The notes under the pieces: model-generated
What the model was told of the DNA's origin: nothing
The model's input: the letters and a program-made list of their open reading frames with translations, nothing else
The model's database searches: none
Part shown: positions 27,386 through 37,262 of the stretch, piece after piece
Position numbering within the stretch: position 1 is the first letter of the stretch
How the letters are laid out: each line of letters opens with the position of its first letter
Made by a program: the position numbers and the translations under genes
Source: Clostridia bacterium
Lineage (GTDB): Bacteria; Bacillota; Clostridia; Monoglobales; Monoglobaceae
Reading direction: 5' to 3'
Assembly: GCA_045591095.1 (NCBI GenBank)
Contig: JAZNSF010000007.1
Coordinates: 11,918 to 75,917, forward strand
Length of the DNA stretch: 64,000 nucleotides

Positions 27386-28062
27386 ATCTGATTTCTTCTT
27401 TCATTTATTATATCCATAATAATTTTTACAGACTCTTCCAGGGAATTTCCGGTGGTATCCACATACACGCTGTCCTCGGCAGGCTTTAAAGGAGCAATCT
27501 CACGTTCCGAGTCATTTTTGTCACGATATTCCATATCTCGCTTTACTTCGTCAAAGTCACACTCTACGCCCTTTTCAATAAGTTCCTTAAATCTTCGCAT
27601 AGCGCGATCCTCAACAGACGCTGTAAGGAATATCTTAAGTTCGGCATTGGGAAGGACCACAGTTCCTATATCACGGCCATCCATAATAACATCCGTTTTT
27701 TCGGCCAAGTCCCTTTGAAGCTGGAGAAGCTTTGCGCGGACACTTGGAATACGCGAAACATCAGATGCCGCAACTGAAACCTCGGGGAGTCTGATTTCAA
27801 TGGACACATCCTCGCCGTTAAAAAAAACTGCTTGACCATTTTCGGTGTGCGCTATCTCCACGTTAATCTCAGGAAGCATTGCCTCTACCAAGTTTGCTTC
27901 CTTATCTGTGTCAATTCCTTTTCTGACTGCCGCAAGGCCAATTGCACGATACATTGCCCCCGTGTCAACATAAACTATTCCAAGCTCTCTTGCCGCCATC
28001 TTTGCGATTGTACTCTTTCCTGCACCTGCAGGTCCATCTATTGCAATTTTAAAAGTAGACAT
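27382..28062 (-). CDS. cmk: Cytidylate kinase
   Basis: IAIDGPAGAGKST P-loop. It sits in the conserved cmk-plsC-ispH/S1 gene order. Confidence 0.92.
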   Translation of the reverse strand: MSTFKIAIDGPAGAGKSTIAKMAARELGIVYVDTGAMYRAIGLAAVRKGIDTDKEANLVEAMLPEINVEIAHTENGQAVFFNGEDVSIEIRLPEVSVAASDVSRIPSVRAKLLQLQRDLAEKTDVIMDGRDIGTVVLPNAELKIFLTASVEDRAMRRFKELIEKGVECDFDEVKRDMEYRDKNDSEREIAPLKPAEDSVYVDTTGNSLEESVKIIMDIINERRNQI

Positions 28063-28087
28063 ATCTTTTGCCTTTCTCTTTTTTTAT

Positions 28088-28357
28088 TTAGTCAAGCTTT
28101 TGACGCAAAGCTTCAATTTCTTCGTTCAGCTTGTCTATCTCTCTACACTTTTCTTCAACGAAATCAGCAATATTTTTGTCTTCCTTGCTTGCTGTATAGA
28201 TTTCCTTACCCAACTCAGTGTAAAGCTTTTCGATTTCGTTTTTCAGGTCAAAAATTGAATACTTTGTCTTTGAATCCTCTACGAATTCACCTGTCTTTTT
28301 TGTAACCGTATGAAATGCATTTTCTGTTGCTTTTTTAAGATTTTCAATAAACTTCAT
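28088..28357 (-). CDS. Hypothetical coiled-coil protein, 89 aa
   Basis: Charged, heptad-like sequence with no recognised motif. It is tightly packed between cmk and ychF. Confidence 0.5.
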   Translation of the reverse strand: MKFIENLKKATENAFHTVTKKTGEFVEDSKTKYSIFDLKNEIEKLYTELGKEIYTASKEDKNIADFVEEKCREIDKLNEEIEALRQKLD

Positions 28358-28384
28358 AATGTTAAATCCTCCTTATACTTTATA

Positions 28385-29482
28385 TTAAACATTAAATCTG
28401 AACAAAATAATATCTCCGTCTTCTACGACGTATCCCTTGCCCTCACTTCTTACAAGGCCCTTTTCCTTTGCGGCATTCATACTGCCGTTTTCCATAAGGT
28501 CTTTGTAGGCAACCACTTCAGCACGGATAAATCCACGCTCGAAATCGGTATGTATCTTACCCGCAGCCTGAGGAGCTTTTGTGCCTTTGGTAATGGTCCA
28601 AGCTCTGACCTCGGGCTTACCTGCAGTTAAGTAACTGATAAGTCCCAAAAGCTTGTAGCTTGCGCGAATCAGCTTGTCAAGACCTGACTCAGTTGCACCA
28701 AGTTCCTCCAAAAACATAACTTTCTCGTCTTTTTCAAGCTCAGCAATTTCTTCTTCAATTCTTGCCGAAACTACCATAACTTCGGACTTTTCACTTTTTG
28801 CAAACTCAGCGATTTTTTGAACGTACTGGTTTTCTTCCATAGGTTTTGAATAGTCGTCCTCTGCCACATTTGCAGCATAGATAACCGGCTTTAAGCTAAG
28901 CAGAGATACTTCTTTAAGCATTTCAAGTTCTTCGTCGGTAAAGTCTAAGGCTCTTGCACTTATGCCTTTTTCTAGATTTTCGCAAAGCCCCTCCAAAAAG
29001 TCAATCTCTACCTGAAACTTTTTATCGCCGCCTTTAAGTTGTTTTTTGAGACGGTCAATTCTTCTTGCTATAATTTCCAAATCCGAAAAAATCAATTCAA
29101 AATTTATTGTCTCGATATCACGAATAGGGTCGATGCTGCCCTCTACGTGTACGATATTGGTGTCCTCAAATGCACGCACAACGTGGACAATCGCATCTAC
29201 CTCGCGGATATTTGACAAAAACTTGTTTCCAAGACCTTCACCCTTACTTGCGCCCTTTACAAGTCCTGCAATATCCACAAACTCAATTACTGCAGGGGTA
29301 ACTTTGTCAGGAGCGTACATTTCTGCCAAACGGTCAAGCCTTTCATCAGGAACTGCTACCGTACCAACATTTGGTTCAATCGTACAAAACGGATAGTTTG
29401 CAGATTCGGCCCCTGCCTGTGTTATTGCATTAAAAAGCGTACTTTTCCCTACATTTGGAAGTCCCACTATACCAAGACGCAT
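28385..29482 (-). CDS. ychF: Ribosome-binding ATPase YchF
   Basis: GIVGLPNVGKSTLFNA and a C-terminal TGS-like domain. Confidence 0.93.
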   Translation of the reverse strand: MRLGIVGLPNVGKSTLFNAITQAGAESANYPFCTIEPNVGTVAVPDERLDRLAEMYAPDKVTPAVIEFVDIAGLVKGASKGEGLGNKFLSNIREVDAIVHVVRAFEDTNIVHVEGSIDPIRDIETINFELIFSDLEIIARRIDRLKKQLKGGDKKFQVEIDFLEGLCENLEKGISARALDFTDEELEMLKEVSLLSLKPVIYAANVAEDDYSKPMEENQYVQKIAEFAKSEKSEVMVVSARIEEEIAELEKDEKVMFLEELGATESGLDKLIRASYKLLGLISYLTAGKPEVRAWTITKGTKAPQAAGKIHTDFERGFIRAEVVAYKDLMENGSMNAAKEKGLVRSEGKGYVVEDGDIILFRFNV

Positions 29483-29544
29483 AATATATTATATCTCCTT
29501 TACTTCTCTTTAGTTCTTAAAAAACATCCCAGCTTTGTTTTTTG

Positions 29545-29590
29545 ACAAAAAAACAGCCAATGTAACATACTATAGTATATCACACTGGCT
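29545..29590 (-). terminator. Terminator after the FAD-dependent protein gene
   Basis: Long imperfect hairpin AGCCAGTGT...ACATTGGCT followed by a U7 run on the minus strand. Confidence 0.65.
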
Positions 29591-29629
29591 TTAATTTATC
29601 AATAGAAATATATCAAAAATATTGTTTTT

Positions 29630-31198
29630 TTAACCCATTTCCAAAATTTTATTTGCAACACGAATTCCGTCTACTGAGGCACTCATAATACCACCTGCAT
29701 AACCAGCGCCCTCGCCGCACGGGAAAAGGCCTTTATGGCTTACGCTCTCAAAGTTTTCATCCCTTTTTATTCTAAGAGGCGCAGATGTACGCATTTCAAC
29801 ACCCGTAAGCACAGCACCGCCATTTGTAAAGCCTTTTAGTTTTTTTTCAAAAACCAAAAGTCCTTCTTTTAAAGAATCCGAAATAAACCCTGGCAAGCAC
29901 TTTCTTAAATCTACAAACTCTGTTCCACCTGTAAACGAAGGTCTTACTCCGTCAAATTTATCGGAAACACGATTTATTACAAAATCCCTTGCTAACTGAA
30001 CAGGCCCTTTCCCGCGGCACAACTCGTATGCCGCCTTTTCGTATTTTCGCTGAAATTCCACTCCAGAAAGCGGCGAATCCCCTTTGAAATCATCGGGGGT
30101 GACCGTCACCACAAGAGCGCTGTTGGAATTTTCGGCTTTGCGGGCATGCTCGCTCATTCCGTTAACGCACAGATGCCCCTCTTCGGATGAAGCATTAACC
30201 ACTACGCCGCCTGGGCACATGCAAAATGAATACACACTGCGGTTTTCGCCGTTATGCACAATGCGATAGTCTGCCGTTGGCAAATTTCGAAAGTCAGCTT
30301 TTTCGCCATACTGCATTTTATTTATAAACTCGCGACTGTGTTCAATCCTTATCCCTGCCGCAAATGGCTTTTGTTCTATCTTTATTCCATGCTCTGTAAG
30401 CATTTTATAGGTATCGCGACTGCTGTGCCCCGGTGCTAAGATAAGCGCATCAAACTGCTGCTGGGCGCTTTTGTTGAAAACAGCACCCACAACGCATCCG
30501 TTTTTTATGCTAAGGTCAGTAAGGCAGGTGTCAAAAAGCACCCGACATCCCAAAGTCTTTAATTTCTCACGCAGATTTTTAATACAAGTGCTTAGAATAT
30601 CTGTCCCTATATGTGGCTTTGCATCATATAATATCTCTTTAGGTGCGCCGCAATCGACAAAAGTCTTTAGGACAAAGCCCTGGAGGGGACTTCCAATCCG
30701 GGTATTTAGCTTGCCGTCCGAGAACGTACCTGCGCCACCCTCGCCAAACTGGATATTGCAGTTAGGATTTAAAATTCCCGTTTCCCAAAACTTCTCTACT
30801 TCTTTCTTTCTGGTATCAATGTCGCTGCCACGTTCGATTAAGGTAACATCCGCACCGCCCACCAAAAGCGTATATGCAGCAAAAAGTCCAGCCGGTCCAC
30901 TTCCCACAACCAAAACCTTTTTTCTGCACCTATCCAATGCCGTTTCAAAAGCCTTTGGCTCATCAAAAACCGATATGGGCGGCAAAATCTGTTTGCCATC
31001 AAGAGTCTTTGCATCAAGGACTACCGAATAGACAAAATGTATGTCACTCTTCCTTCGTGCATCAAGGGATTTTTTGTAAATATACGGATTAGCCGCGTCA
31101 AAATTTTGTGACGCGGCTAATTTTATTGCCTTTTTAAAAACCTCATCTTCCGTATGAAGAATAGGCACCTTAATATTACTTACCAGTATTTTACTCAA
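29630..31198 (-). CDS. Uncharacterised FAD-dependent oxidoreductase (COG2509-like)
   Basis: VVGSGPAGLFAA dinucleotide-binding motif, 522 aa. Confidence 0.75.
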   Translation of the reverse strand: MSKILVSNIKVPILHTEDEVFKKAIKLAASQNFDAANPYIYKKSLDARRKSDIHFVYSVVLDAKTLDGKQILPPISVFDEPKAFETALDRCRKKVLVVGSGPAGLFAAYTLLVGGADVTLIERGSDIDTRKKEVEKFWETGILNPNCNIQFGEGGAGTFSDGKLNTRIGSPLQGFVLKTFVDCGAPKEILYDAKPHIGTDILSTCIKNLREKLKTLGCRVLFDTCLTDLSIKNGCVVGAVFNKSAQQQFDALILAPGHSSRDTYKMLTEHGIKIEQKPFAAGIRIEHSREFINKMQYGEKADFRNLPTADYRIVHNGENRSVYSFCMCPGGVVVNASSEEGHLCVNGMSEHARKAENSNSALVVTVTPDDFKGDSPLSGVEFQRKYEKAAYELCRGKGPVQLARDFVINRVSDKFDGVRPSFTGGTEFVDLRKCLPGFISDSLKEGLLVFEKKLKGFTNGGAVLTGVEMRTSAPLRIKRDENFESVSHKGLFPCGEGAGYAGGIMSASVDGIRVANKILEMG

Positions 31199-31215
31199 AA
31201 ACTTTGTTCCGCCTT

Positions 31216-32163
31216 TCAGCTTCGTTTTTCGGCCTTTACAGTAACAGTGTCTACACCGTCACGAAGGAATACACCATTAGGAATTTCAATTTCTACTGTC
31301 GTAGACCCCGTTGTTATTTCGTCCAAATTAACAGGCTTTGTACTAAGCTCGCTGATAGCTTCCAAAACCTCATTTTCGGCATAAATTGTGATATGCTCCG
31401 GCTGAACAGAAACCTTATATCCGTCCACACCGCCGGAAGTTTTTGCATCAACTTTTACCAAAACCGTCTTTTGCTTATAAACTTTGCATTCTACATCAAC
31501 AGTCTCAATATCCATCTTTACAAGGTCATAGATTTTATTGCTTTCAGCTATTTTCTTGCCGTTTTTATCCAGGAAAAACAGCTTCTCTGTATCCTTTATA
31601 TCTGCCGATCTGCCATCAAAATCAAGCTCCAACCCCACACCCGAAATTGTATCAATCATGGTCACAGCTCCGGTTAGTTTTACCGTAGTTTCCGACGGCA
31701 CAGGGGTTGCTGCAATGTATCCATTTGCAGTGCTACCCGAAGTAAGTACTTTTACTTCACGGTTGACAGATACAACCTTGTCAATAAACACACTTGCGTT
31801 ATATGGCTTTTTGCTTACAATCTCGTCATATTCGTAAGGTATGGATATAGCAATCGGTAGCGAAAATGTACCGGTTTTGCTGATATTTGCAAGGTCAACT
31901 GTTGCGTATATATTTTTATTTTCGATGTTTGCAATACGCTTGCGGCTGCCGCGGATTTTAAGTTCTACCGATAAATCGTCGTCACTGACAAGGCAAAGTC
32001 CCTTGTCCTTGACAAGCTGCTCGTTTGTATAGCGGATAGGGATATCCTTGACCGTAATGTCAACCGACGGGTCAACCACTGCAATAATGTAAAACCAGAG
32101 GAGCAAAGCAACAACAAAAGATATAATTTTAAGAATCGAATCTTTCAGAAAAAAATCTTTCAT
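31216..32163 (-). CDS. cdaR: YbbR-repeat protein (CdaR-like regulator of CdaA)
   Basis: N-terminal TM helix followed by repeated beta-rich YbbR-like modules. It overlaps the cdaA stop. Confidence 0.75.
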   Translation of the reverse strand: MKDFFLKDSILKIISFVVALLLWFYIIAVVDPSVDITVKDIPIRYTNEQLVKDKGLCLVSDDDLSVELKIRGSRKRIANIENKNIYATVDLANISKTGTFSLPIAISIPYEYDEIVSKKPYNASVFIDKVVSVNREVKVLTSGSTANGYIAATPVPSETTVKLTGAVTMIDTISGVGLELDFDGRSADIKDTEKLFFLDKNGKKIAESNKIYDLVKMDIETVDVECKVYKQKTVLVKVDAKTSGGVDGYKVSVQPEHITIYAENEVLEAISELSTKPVNLDEITTGSTTVEIEIPNGVFLRDGVDTVTVKAEKRS

Positions 32164-33011
32164 TTGTTCTTCTCCTTTCTCACAAATATATTCTTTTTCA
32201 GCCTACTATCCTTCTTCTTTATATCAAACAGCTTCATAAGATTGTTTTCAAGAGCCTCAGGCGACAGTTTCATATTAAGCTCACCGCCACAGGCAATAGA
32301 AATACCACCTGTCTCCTCGGACACAATAACAACCACTGCATCCGATTCCTCAGACATACCAAGCCCTGCACGATGTCTTGTCCCCAATTCCTTGCTGACA
32401 TTGGGATTTTGTGAAAGCGGCAAGAAGCAGCTTGCAGCCTCGATTTTATTGTTCCTTATAATCACCGCTCCGTCATGAAGTGGTGTTTTGGGAACAAATA
32501 TATTGGTGATAAGCTCTGCGGTAACATCTGCATTAAGGGTAATACCCGTACCCACAATATCACCTATTTTGATTTCACGTTCAATGACAATCAAAGCACC
32601 AATATGGCTCTTTGACATATTCATACAGCTTTCTTTTACTTCTTTTATTATGTTTTCCTTTTCCAAGTCGTCAGTCCGCTCTTCAAAACTAAACCACTGT
32701 CCCATAGTAGTTCTGCCAAGCTGTTCCAGCGCACGACGAAGCTCCGGCTGAAAAACAATGATTATTGCAATAAGACCAAGCTGCAGTGCATTGCTAAGCA
32801 GATAGTGTACGGTATGAAGCTTTACTAACTGACTGACCTGCATAGTGATAATAAGCACAACTACACCCTTTAAAAGATGCACAGTGCGGGTGTCACGGAT
32901 AAACTTAAGTGCTTTATAGATAATAAATGTAACAATAAAAACATCAATTATGTCAGTTAATTTTATAAGCGCCAGTTGACTTATTAACCCCTGATAGAAG
33001 CTGTCAAACAC
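32160..33011 (-). CDS. cdaA: Diadenylate cyclase CdaA
   Basis: Three N-terminal TM helices plus DAC-domain motifs DGAVII and RHRAGLG. Confidence 0.92.
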   Translation of the reverse strand: MFDSFYQGLISQLALIKLTDIIDVFIVTFIIYKALKFIRDTRTVHLLKGVVVLIITMQVSQLVKLHTVHYLLSNALQLGLIAIIIVFQPELRRALEQLGRTTMGQWFSFEERTDDLEKENIIKEVKESCMNMSKSHIGALIVIEREIKIGDIVGTGITLNADVTAELITNIFVPKTPLHDGAVIIRNNKIEAASCFLPLSQNPNVSKELGTRHRAGLGMSEESDAVVVIVSEETGGISIACGGELNMKLSPEALENNLMKLFDIKKKDSRLKKNIFVRKEKNK

Positions 33012-33043
33012 GTGAAATTGCCCCCTTCTTTTATTTTTTAGTT

Positions 33044-34483
33044 TTAGTAGGCCTTGCCCCAGTAAACCAACTTTTTAGCAGGCTTTCCGCAGCACACACA
33101 TTTGTCCGAAACAGGTGTCTGGTCAAAGGGCATACAACGTGATGTAGCTGTGGTATCTGCTTTAATTTTTTCTTCACATTCAAGCTCGCCGCACCACATA
33201 GCCTTTACAAATCCACCCTTTTCTGAAACTATCTTCGAAAATTCTTCGTAATTTTCGGCAACGTTGGTTTTTTCCTCGCGATTTTTAAGTGCTGCCTCAT
33301 ACATCTCATTTTGAATAGCCTCAAGATGCATTCTTACCTCGTCTTCAAGGTTATCCAACGAAACAAAGAACTTTTCTCTGGTTGTACGTCTAACAAGTAC
33401 CGCCTGATTATTTTCGATATCCTTAGGTCCGATTTCGATTCTGAGCGGGACACCTGTCATCTCATATTCGCTGAACTTCCAGCCAGGTGACTTGTCGCTT
33501 GCGTCAACCTTAACCCTGAATTCGCCCGCGAGACGATTTTTAAGTTCCTCTGCCTTTTCCAAAACGCCTTCCTTATGCTGAGCAATAGGAATAATTACAG
33601 CCTGAATTGGTGCAATTCTTGGCGGAAGCTTAAGCCCCGCATCATCGCCATGCACCATTATTATCGCACCGATGGAACGTGTAGAAACGCCCCATGATGT
33701 CTGATGAACGTAGCTAAGCTCGTTGTTTTCGTCTGTATACTGGATGCCAAATGCCTTTGCAAATCCATCGCCAAAGTTGTGGCTTGTACCCGACTGAAGC
33801 GCCTTGCCGTCGTGCATAAGGCTTTCGATTGTGTAAGTTGCCTTTGCTCCTGCAAACTTCTCCTTGTCAGTCTTTCTACCCTTAATTACAGGGATAGCAA
33901 GTTCCTTTTCAAAAAAGTCAGCATAAACATCAAGCATACGAAGTGTTTCTGCTTCGGCTTCTTCTGCAGTTGCATGAGCGGTATGACCTTCCTGCCACAA
34001 AAATTCGGCGCTACGAAGGAAAGGTCTTGTTGTTTTTTCCCATCTTACAACGCTGCACCACTGGTTGTAAAGCTTTGGTAAATCTCTGTAAGAATGTATT
34101 ATATTTGCATAGTGGTCGCAAAAAAGTGTCTCGGACGTAGGTCTTACACAAAGACGCTCCTGAAGTTTTTCGGTTCCGCCATGGGTAACCCAGGCAACCT
34201 CGGGCGCAAAGCCTTCAACGTGGTCCTTTTCCCTCTGCAAGAGACTCTCAGGGATAAACATGGGCATATAAACATTCTCGTGGCCTGTCTCTTTAAACCT
34301 TTTGTCAAGTCCTTTTTGAATATTCTCCCAGATTGCATATCCATAAGGCTGAATAACCATACAGCCCTTTACCCCGGAATAATCAACCAATTTTGCTTTT
34401 TTAACAATATCTGTATACCATTTTGCAAAGTCCTCGCTCATGGAGGTTATTTCTTCTACTAATTTTTTTTCGTCTTTTGCCAA
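33044..34483 (-). CDS. proS: Proline--tRNA ligase, archaeal/eukaryote-like form without the INS editing domain
   Basis: Class II motifs and a C-terminal zinc-type tail ending in Y. I prefer the TTG start at 34483 (protein begins [21 protein letters not shown] 9 nt upstream). ATG 34492 is also possible. The track start 34576 lies about 4 nt from the predicted TSS. Confidence 0.88.
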   Translation of the reverse strand: MAKDEKKLVEEITSMSEDFAKWYTDIVKKAKLVDYSGVKGCMVIQPYGYAIWENIQKGLDKRFKETGHENVYMPMFIPESLLQREKDHVEGFAPEVAWVTHGGTEKLQERLCVRPTSETLFCDHYANIIHSYRDLPKLYNQWCSVVRWEKTTRPFLRSAEFLWQEGHTAHATAEEAEAETLRMLDVYADFFEKELAIPVIKGRKTDKEKFAGAKATYTIESLMHDGKALQSGTSHNFGDGFAKAFGIQYTDENNELSYVHQTSWGVSTRSIGAIIMVHGDDAGLKLPPRIAPIQAVIIPIAQHKEGVLEKAEELKNRLAGEFRVKVDASDKSPGWKFSEYEMTGVPLRIEIGPKDIENNQAVLVRRTTREKFFVSLDNLEDEVRMHLEAIQNEMYEAALKNREEKTNVAENYEEFSKIVSEKGGFVKAMWCGELECEEKIKADTTATSRCMPFDQTPVSDKCVCCGKPAKKLVYWGKAY

Positions 34484-34586
34484 AGTTCCCATTCCCTTCA
34501 ATTTCTTTGAAATATCTAAAGACCCTTTGCCCTCTATAAAAACCCGAATTTTGGGCATATGGATACATTTACACATTATTGTCTTA

Positions 34587-34615
34587 AGTATAAAGGATTT
34601 TAGGCGCTATGTCAA
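34587..34615 (-). promoter_or_regulatory. Candidate proS promoter
   Basis: On the minus strand: TTGACA (34615-34610), 17 nt, TATACT (34592-34587). Confidence 0.6.
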
Positions 34616-34640
34616 GGGAATTGGGGGATATTTTCGGCAT

Positions 34641-34678
34641 AATTTTGAAAGGTGATGCCAAAATTTGACATCACCTTT
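34641..34678 (-). terminator. Terminator after copA
   Basis: AAAGGTGATG / CATCACCTTT 10-bp stem starting 3 nt after the stop codon. Confidence 0.6.
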
Positions 34679-34680
34679 AA

Positions 34681-37140
34681 CTACTTGATTTCAGTTACTT
34701 TGTAGCCCTTATCCTCAATTGCTTTTTTCAGCACTTCATCGGGGATTTCTTTTGTCATTTTGACCATCACCGTTCCGTCTTTGTGACTTACAAGTGCCGA
34801 TGCTGCTCCATCAAGTCCCTCAATGGTATTTTTTACATTTGCCTCGCAATGCGGGCACATCATGCCCTCAATTTTTAAAGTCTTTTCCATACTTTTTTTC
34901 TCCTTTTCAGATGTTATTTTTTTACCGTTTATATTTAAAAAGTTTAACCTCAACGCATTAGAAACCACCGAAAAGCTTGAAAGGCTCATTGCCGCAGCAC
35001 CAAACATAGGGTTCATTTCCCATCCTAAGACCGAAATAAAAGCACCTGCCGCAAGCGGTATACCCAAAACGTTATACAAAAACGCCCAAAACAGGTTCTG
35101 CCTGATGTTGCGCATCACGCCCCTGCTTAGCCTGATTGCCTTACATACGTCCGAAAGACTGCTTCTTATAAGCACTACGTCTGCTGCATCTATTGCAATG
35201 TCTGCTCCTCTGCCAATTGCCACGCCCACATCTGCTGTCTTAAGGCTCACGGCATCATTTATACCATCACCAACCATAACAATCTTTCCATCACTCATCA
35301 GTTCCTTAACTTTGTCAGCCTTTTCCTTTGGCAAAACCTCTGCATATACCGTATCAACCCCTGCTTTGGCAGCAATTACTTTGGCAGTCTTTTGATTGTC
35401 CCCGGTAAGCATAACTACTTTTATCCCCAAAGCTTTCAGCTCATCAATAGCATCCCGGCTATCAGGCTTTATGGTGTCTGCAACTGCAATAATTCCAATA
35501 ATCGTCTTATCTTCCGCGAAGAACATCGGTGTCTTTCCTTGCTCTGCCAAGCTTTCGGCATTTTTTAGCATTTCCTCGTCAATATCGGCAAGGCTGCCCA
35601 CAAATGTCATATTCCCGCCGATATATTTTTTGCCGTCTAAATGAGCAGAAACACCACTTCCGCTATGCACCATAAACTCTTTCGCATCCAAAAGCTCCGT
35701 TTTTTCATTCGTAGCTTCTTCCACTATAGCTTTTGCAAGAGGATGTTCACTTTTAAATTCCACTGATGCTGCTATCTTTAAAAGCTCTGTTTTTGTGTAT
35801 CCATTAAAAGTTATTATGTCTGTGACAAGGGGCTTTCCCTCGGTAATAGTCCCGGTCTTGTCCAAAAACGCTGTTTTAACCTTGCCAAGAGTTTCAAGCG
35901 AAGTTGCATTTTTAAAAAGTATTCCGTTTTTCGCACCTAGTCCGCTGCCTACCATAATTGCAACCGGAGTCGCAAGTCCCAAAGCACAGGGACAGCTGAT
36001 TACCAAGACCGAAATCCCTCGTGCGAGTGCAAATCCCAAATCCTTGCCTAAAGATAGCCAAACTATCGCCGAAACAAGCGCAATACCTATTACAACCGGT
36101 ACAAACACCCCCGAAACCTTGTCAGCTGCTCTTGCGATAGGAGCTTTTGTTGCCGCCGTATCTGAAACCATTTTTATTATCTCAGCCAAAGTATTATCCT
36201 CGGCAGTTTTCGTCACCTGACATTTTAAAAAACCAAGCTTGTTGATGGTAGAGCCTACCACCTTGTCCCCCTTGGCTTTATCTACAGGTATACTCTCTCC
36301 AGTCAAAAACGACTCATCTACTGTGCTTTCGCCATCTATAATAACTCCGTCCGTTGCAATTCTTTCGCCCGGGCGGACCAGAAAAATCTCGCCCAAAGCT
36401 AATTCATTAACACTTACAATGGTCTCTCTGCCATCTCTCAAAACCACAGCGGTTTTAGGCGCAAGGTCCATAAGGCCTTTTATGGCTTCCGCTGTTTTAC
36501 CTTTTGAACGTGTTTCCAGTAGCTTTCCTACAGTAATAAGCGTCAGTATCATCGCAGAGGACTCAAAATACAAATCGTGAAGATAATGTGAAGAATGTCC
36601 TACATTTGCCGTCATAACAAACAGTACATAAACACTGTATATAAACGCCGCACCCGACCCAAGCGCAACAAGCGTGTCCATATTTGGAGCGCACTTTATA
36701 AAAGATTTAAACCCACTTACAAAAAACTTCTTATTTATCACCATAACTATTATGGTTAAAAGAAGCTGGATAAGACCCTGTGCCATAGGGTTCATAGCTA
36801 AAGCCTTGGGAAGTGGCAGTCCCCACATATTATGCCCCATTGATATATACATAAGCACTGCCAAAAACACAAGCGAGTAGCAAAGCCTATACTTAAGAGT
36901 TTTTATTTCATCATCGCTATCATTTGCCTCGGTTTTTTTTGTGCTTGCTGATTTTATTCCATAGCCTGCCCCTGTCACCGCACGAGTGATTTCCTCATCA
37001 GTTGCATTTCCCTCTACAGTCATTGAATTTGTGAGCAAATTTACGCTGCAGCTATCTACCCCCGAAAGAGCCGAAACTGTCTTTTCCACGCGGGCACTGC
37101 AGGCAGCACAGCTCATACCTGTTATGCTGTATTTTCGCAA
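34681..37140 (-). CDS. copA: Copper-translocating P1B-type ATPase with N-terminal and C-terminal HMA domains
   Basis: GMSCAAC (N-terminal) and GMMCPHC (C-terminal) metal-binding motifs, CPC in the TM region, DKTGT and GDGINDA. I place the start at TTG 37140, 6 nt after AAAGAGGTG. Confidence 0.9.
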   Translation of the reverse strand: MRKYSITGMSCAACSARVEKTVSALSGVDSCSVNLLTNSMTVEGNATDEEITRAVTGAGYGIKSASTKKTEANDSDDEIKTLKYRLCYSLVFLAVLMYISMGHNMWGLPLPKALAMNPMAQGLIQLLLTIIVMVINKKFFVSGFKSFIKCAPNMDTLVALGSGAAFIYSVYVLFVMTANVGHSSHYLHDLYFESSAMILTLITVGKLLETRSKGKTAEAIKGLMDLAPKTAVVLRDGRETIVSVNELALGEIFLVRPGERIATDGVIIDGESTVDESFLTGESIPVDKAKGDKVVGSTINKLGFLKCQVTKTAEDNTLAEIIKMVSDTAATKAPIARAADKVSGVFVPVVIGIALVSAIVWLSLGKDLGFALARGISVLVISCPCALGLATPVAIMVGSGLGAKNGILFKNATSLETLGKVKTAFLDKTGTITEGKPLVTDIITFNGYTKTELLKIAASVEFKSEHPLAKAIVEEATNEKTELLDAKEFMVHSGSGVSAHLDGKKYIGGNMTFVGSLADIDEEMLKNAESLAEQGKTPMFFAEDKTIIGIIAVADTIKPDSRDAIDELKALGIKVVMLTGDNQKTAKVIAAKAGVDTVYAEVLPKEKADKVKELMSDGKIVMVGDGINDAVSLKTADVGVAIGRGADIAIDAADVVLIRSSLSDVCKAIRLSRGVMRNIRQNLFWAFLYNVLGIPLAAGAFISVLGWEMNPMFGAAAMSLSSFSVVSNALRLNFLNINGKKITSEKEKKSMEKTLKIEGMMCPHCEANVKNTIEGLDGAASALVSHKDGTVMVKMTKEIPDEVLKKAIEDKGYKVTEIK

Positions 37141-37177
37141 TTTTTTCACCTCTTTCAAAAAGGTTATTCATATATTG

Positions 37178-37206
37178 ATTATAATACAATCCTCGGCATT
37201 TTGCAA
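37178..37206 (-). promoter_or_regulatory. Candidate copA promoter
   Basis: On the minus strand: TTGCAA (37206-37201), 17 nt, TATAAT (37183-37178). Confidence 0.55.
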
Positions 37207-37262
37207 CAAAAAAAATGGGCCGTAGCCTTTTGCCACAGCCCAAAATTTTACTATATAATTTT

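Noticed and set aside
37159-37262. CopY cop box or CsoR operator at the copA promoter
   Set aside because: I found no TACAnnTGTA and no GC-rich pseudo-palindrome by eye. This absence is recorded rather than any site.
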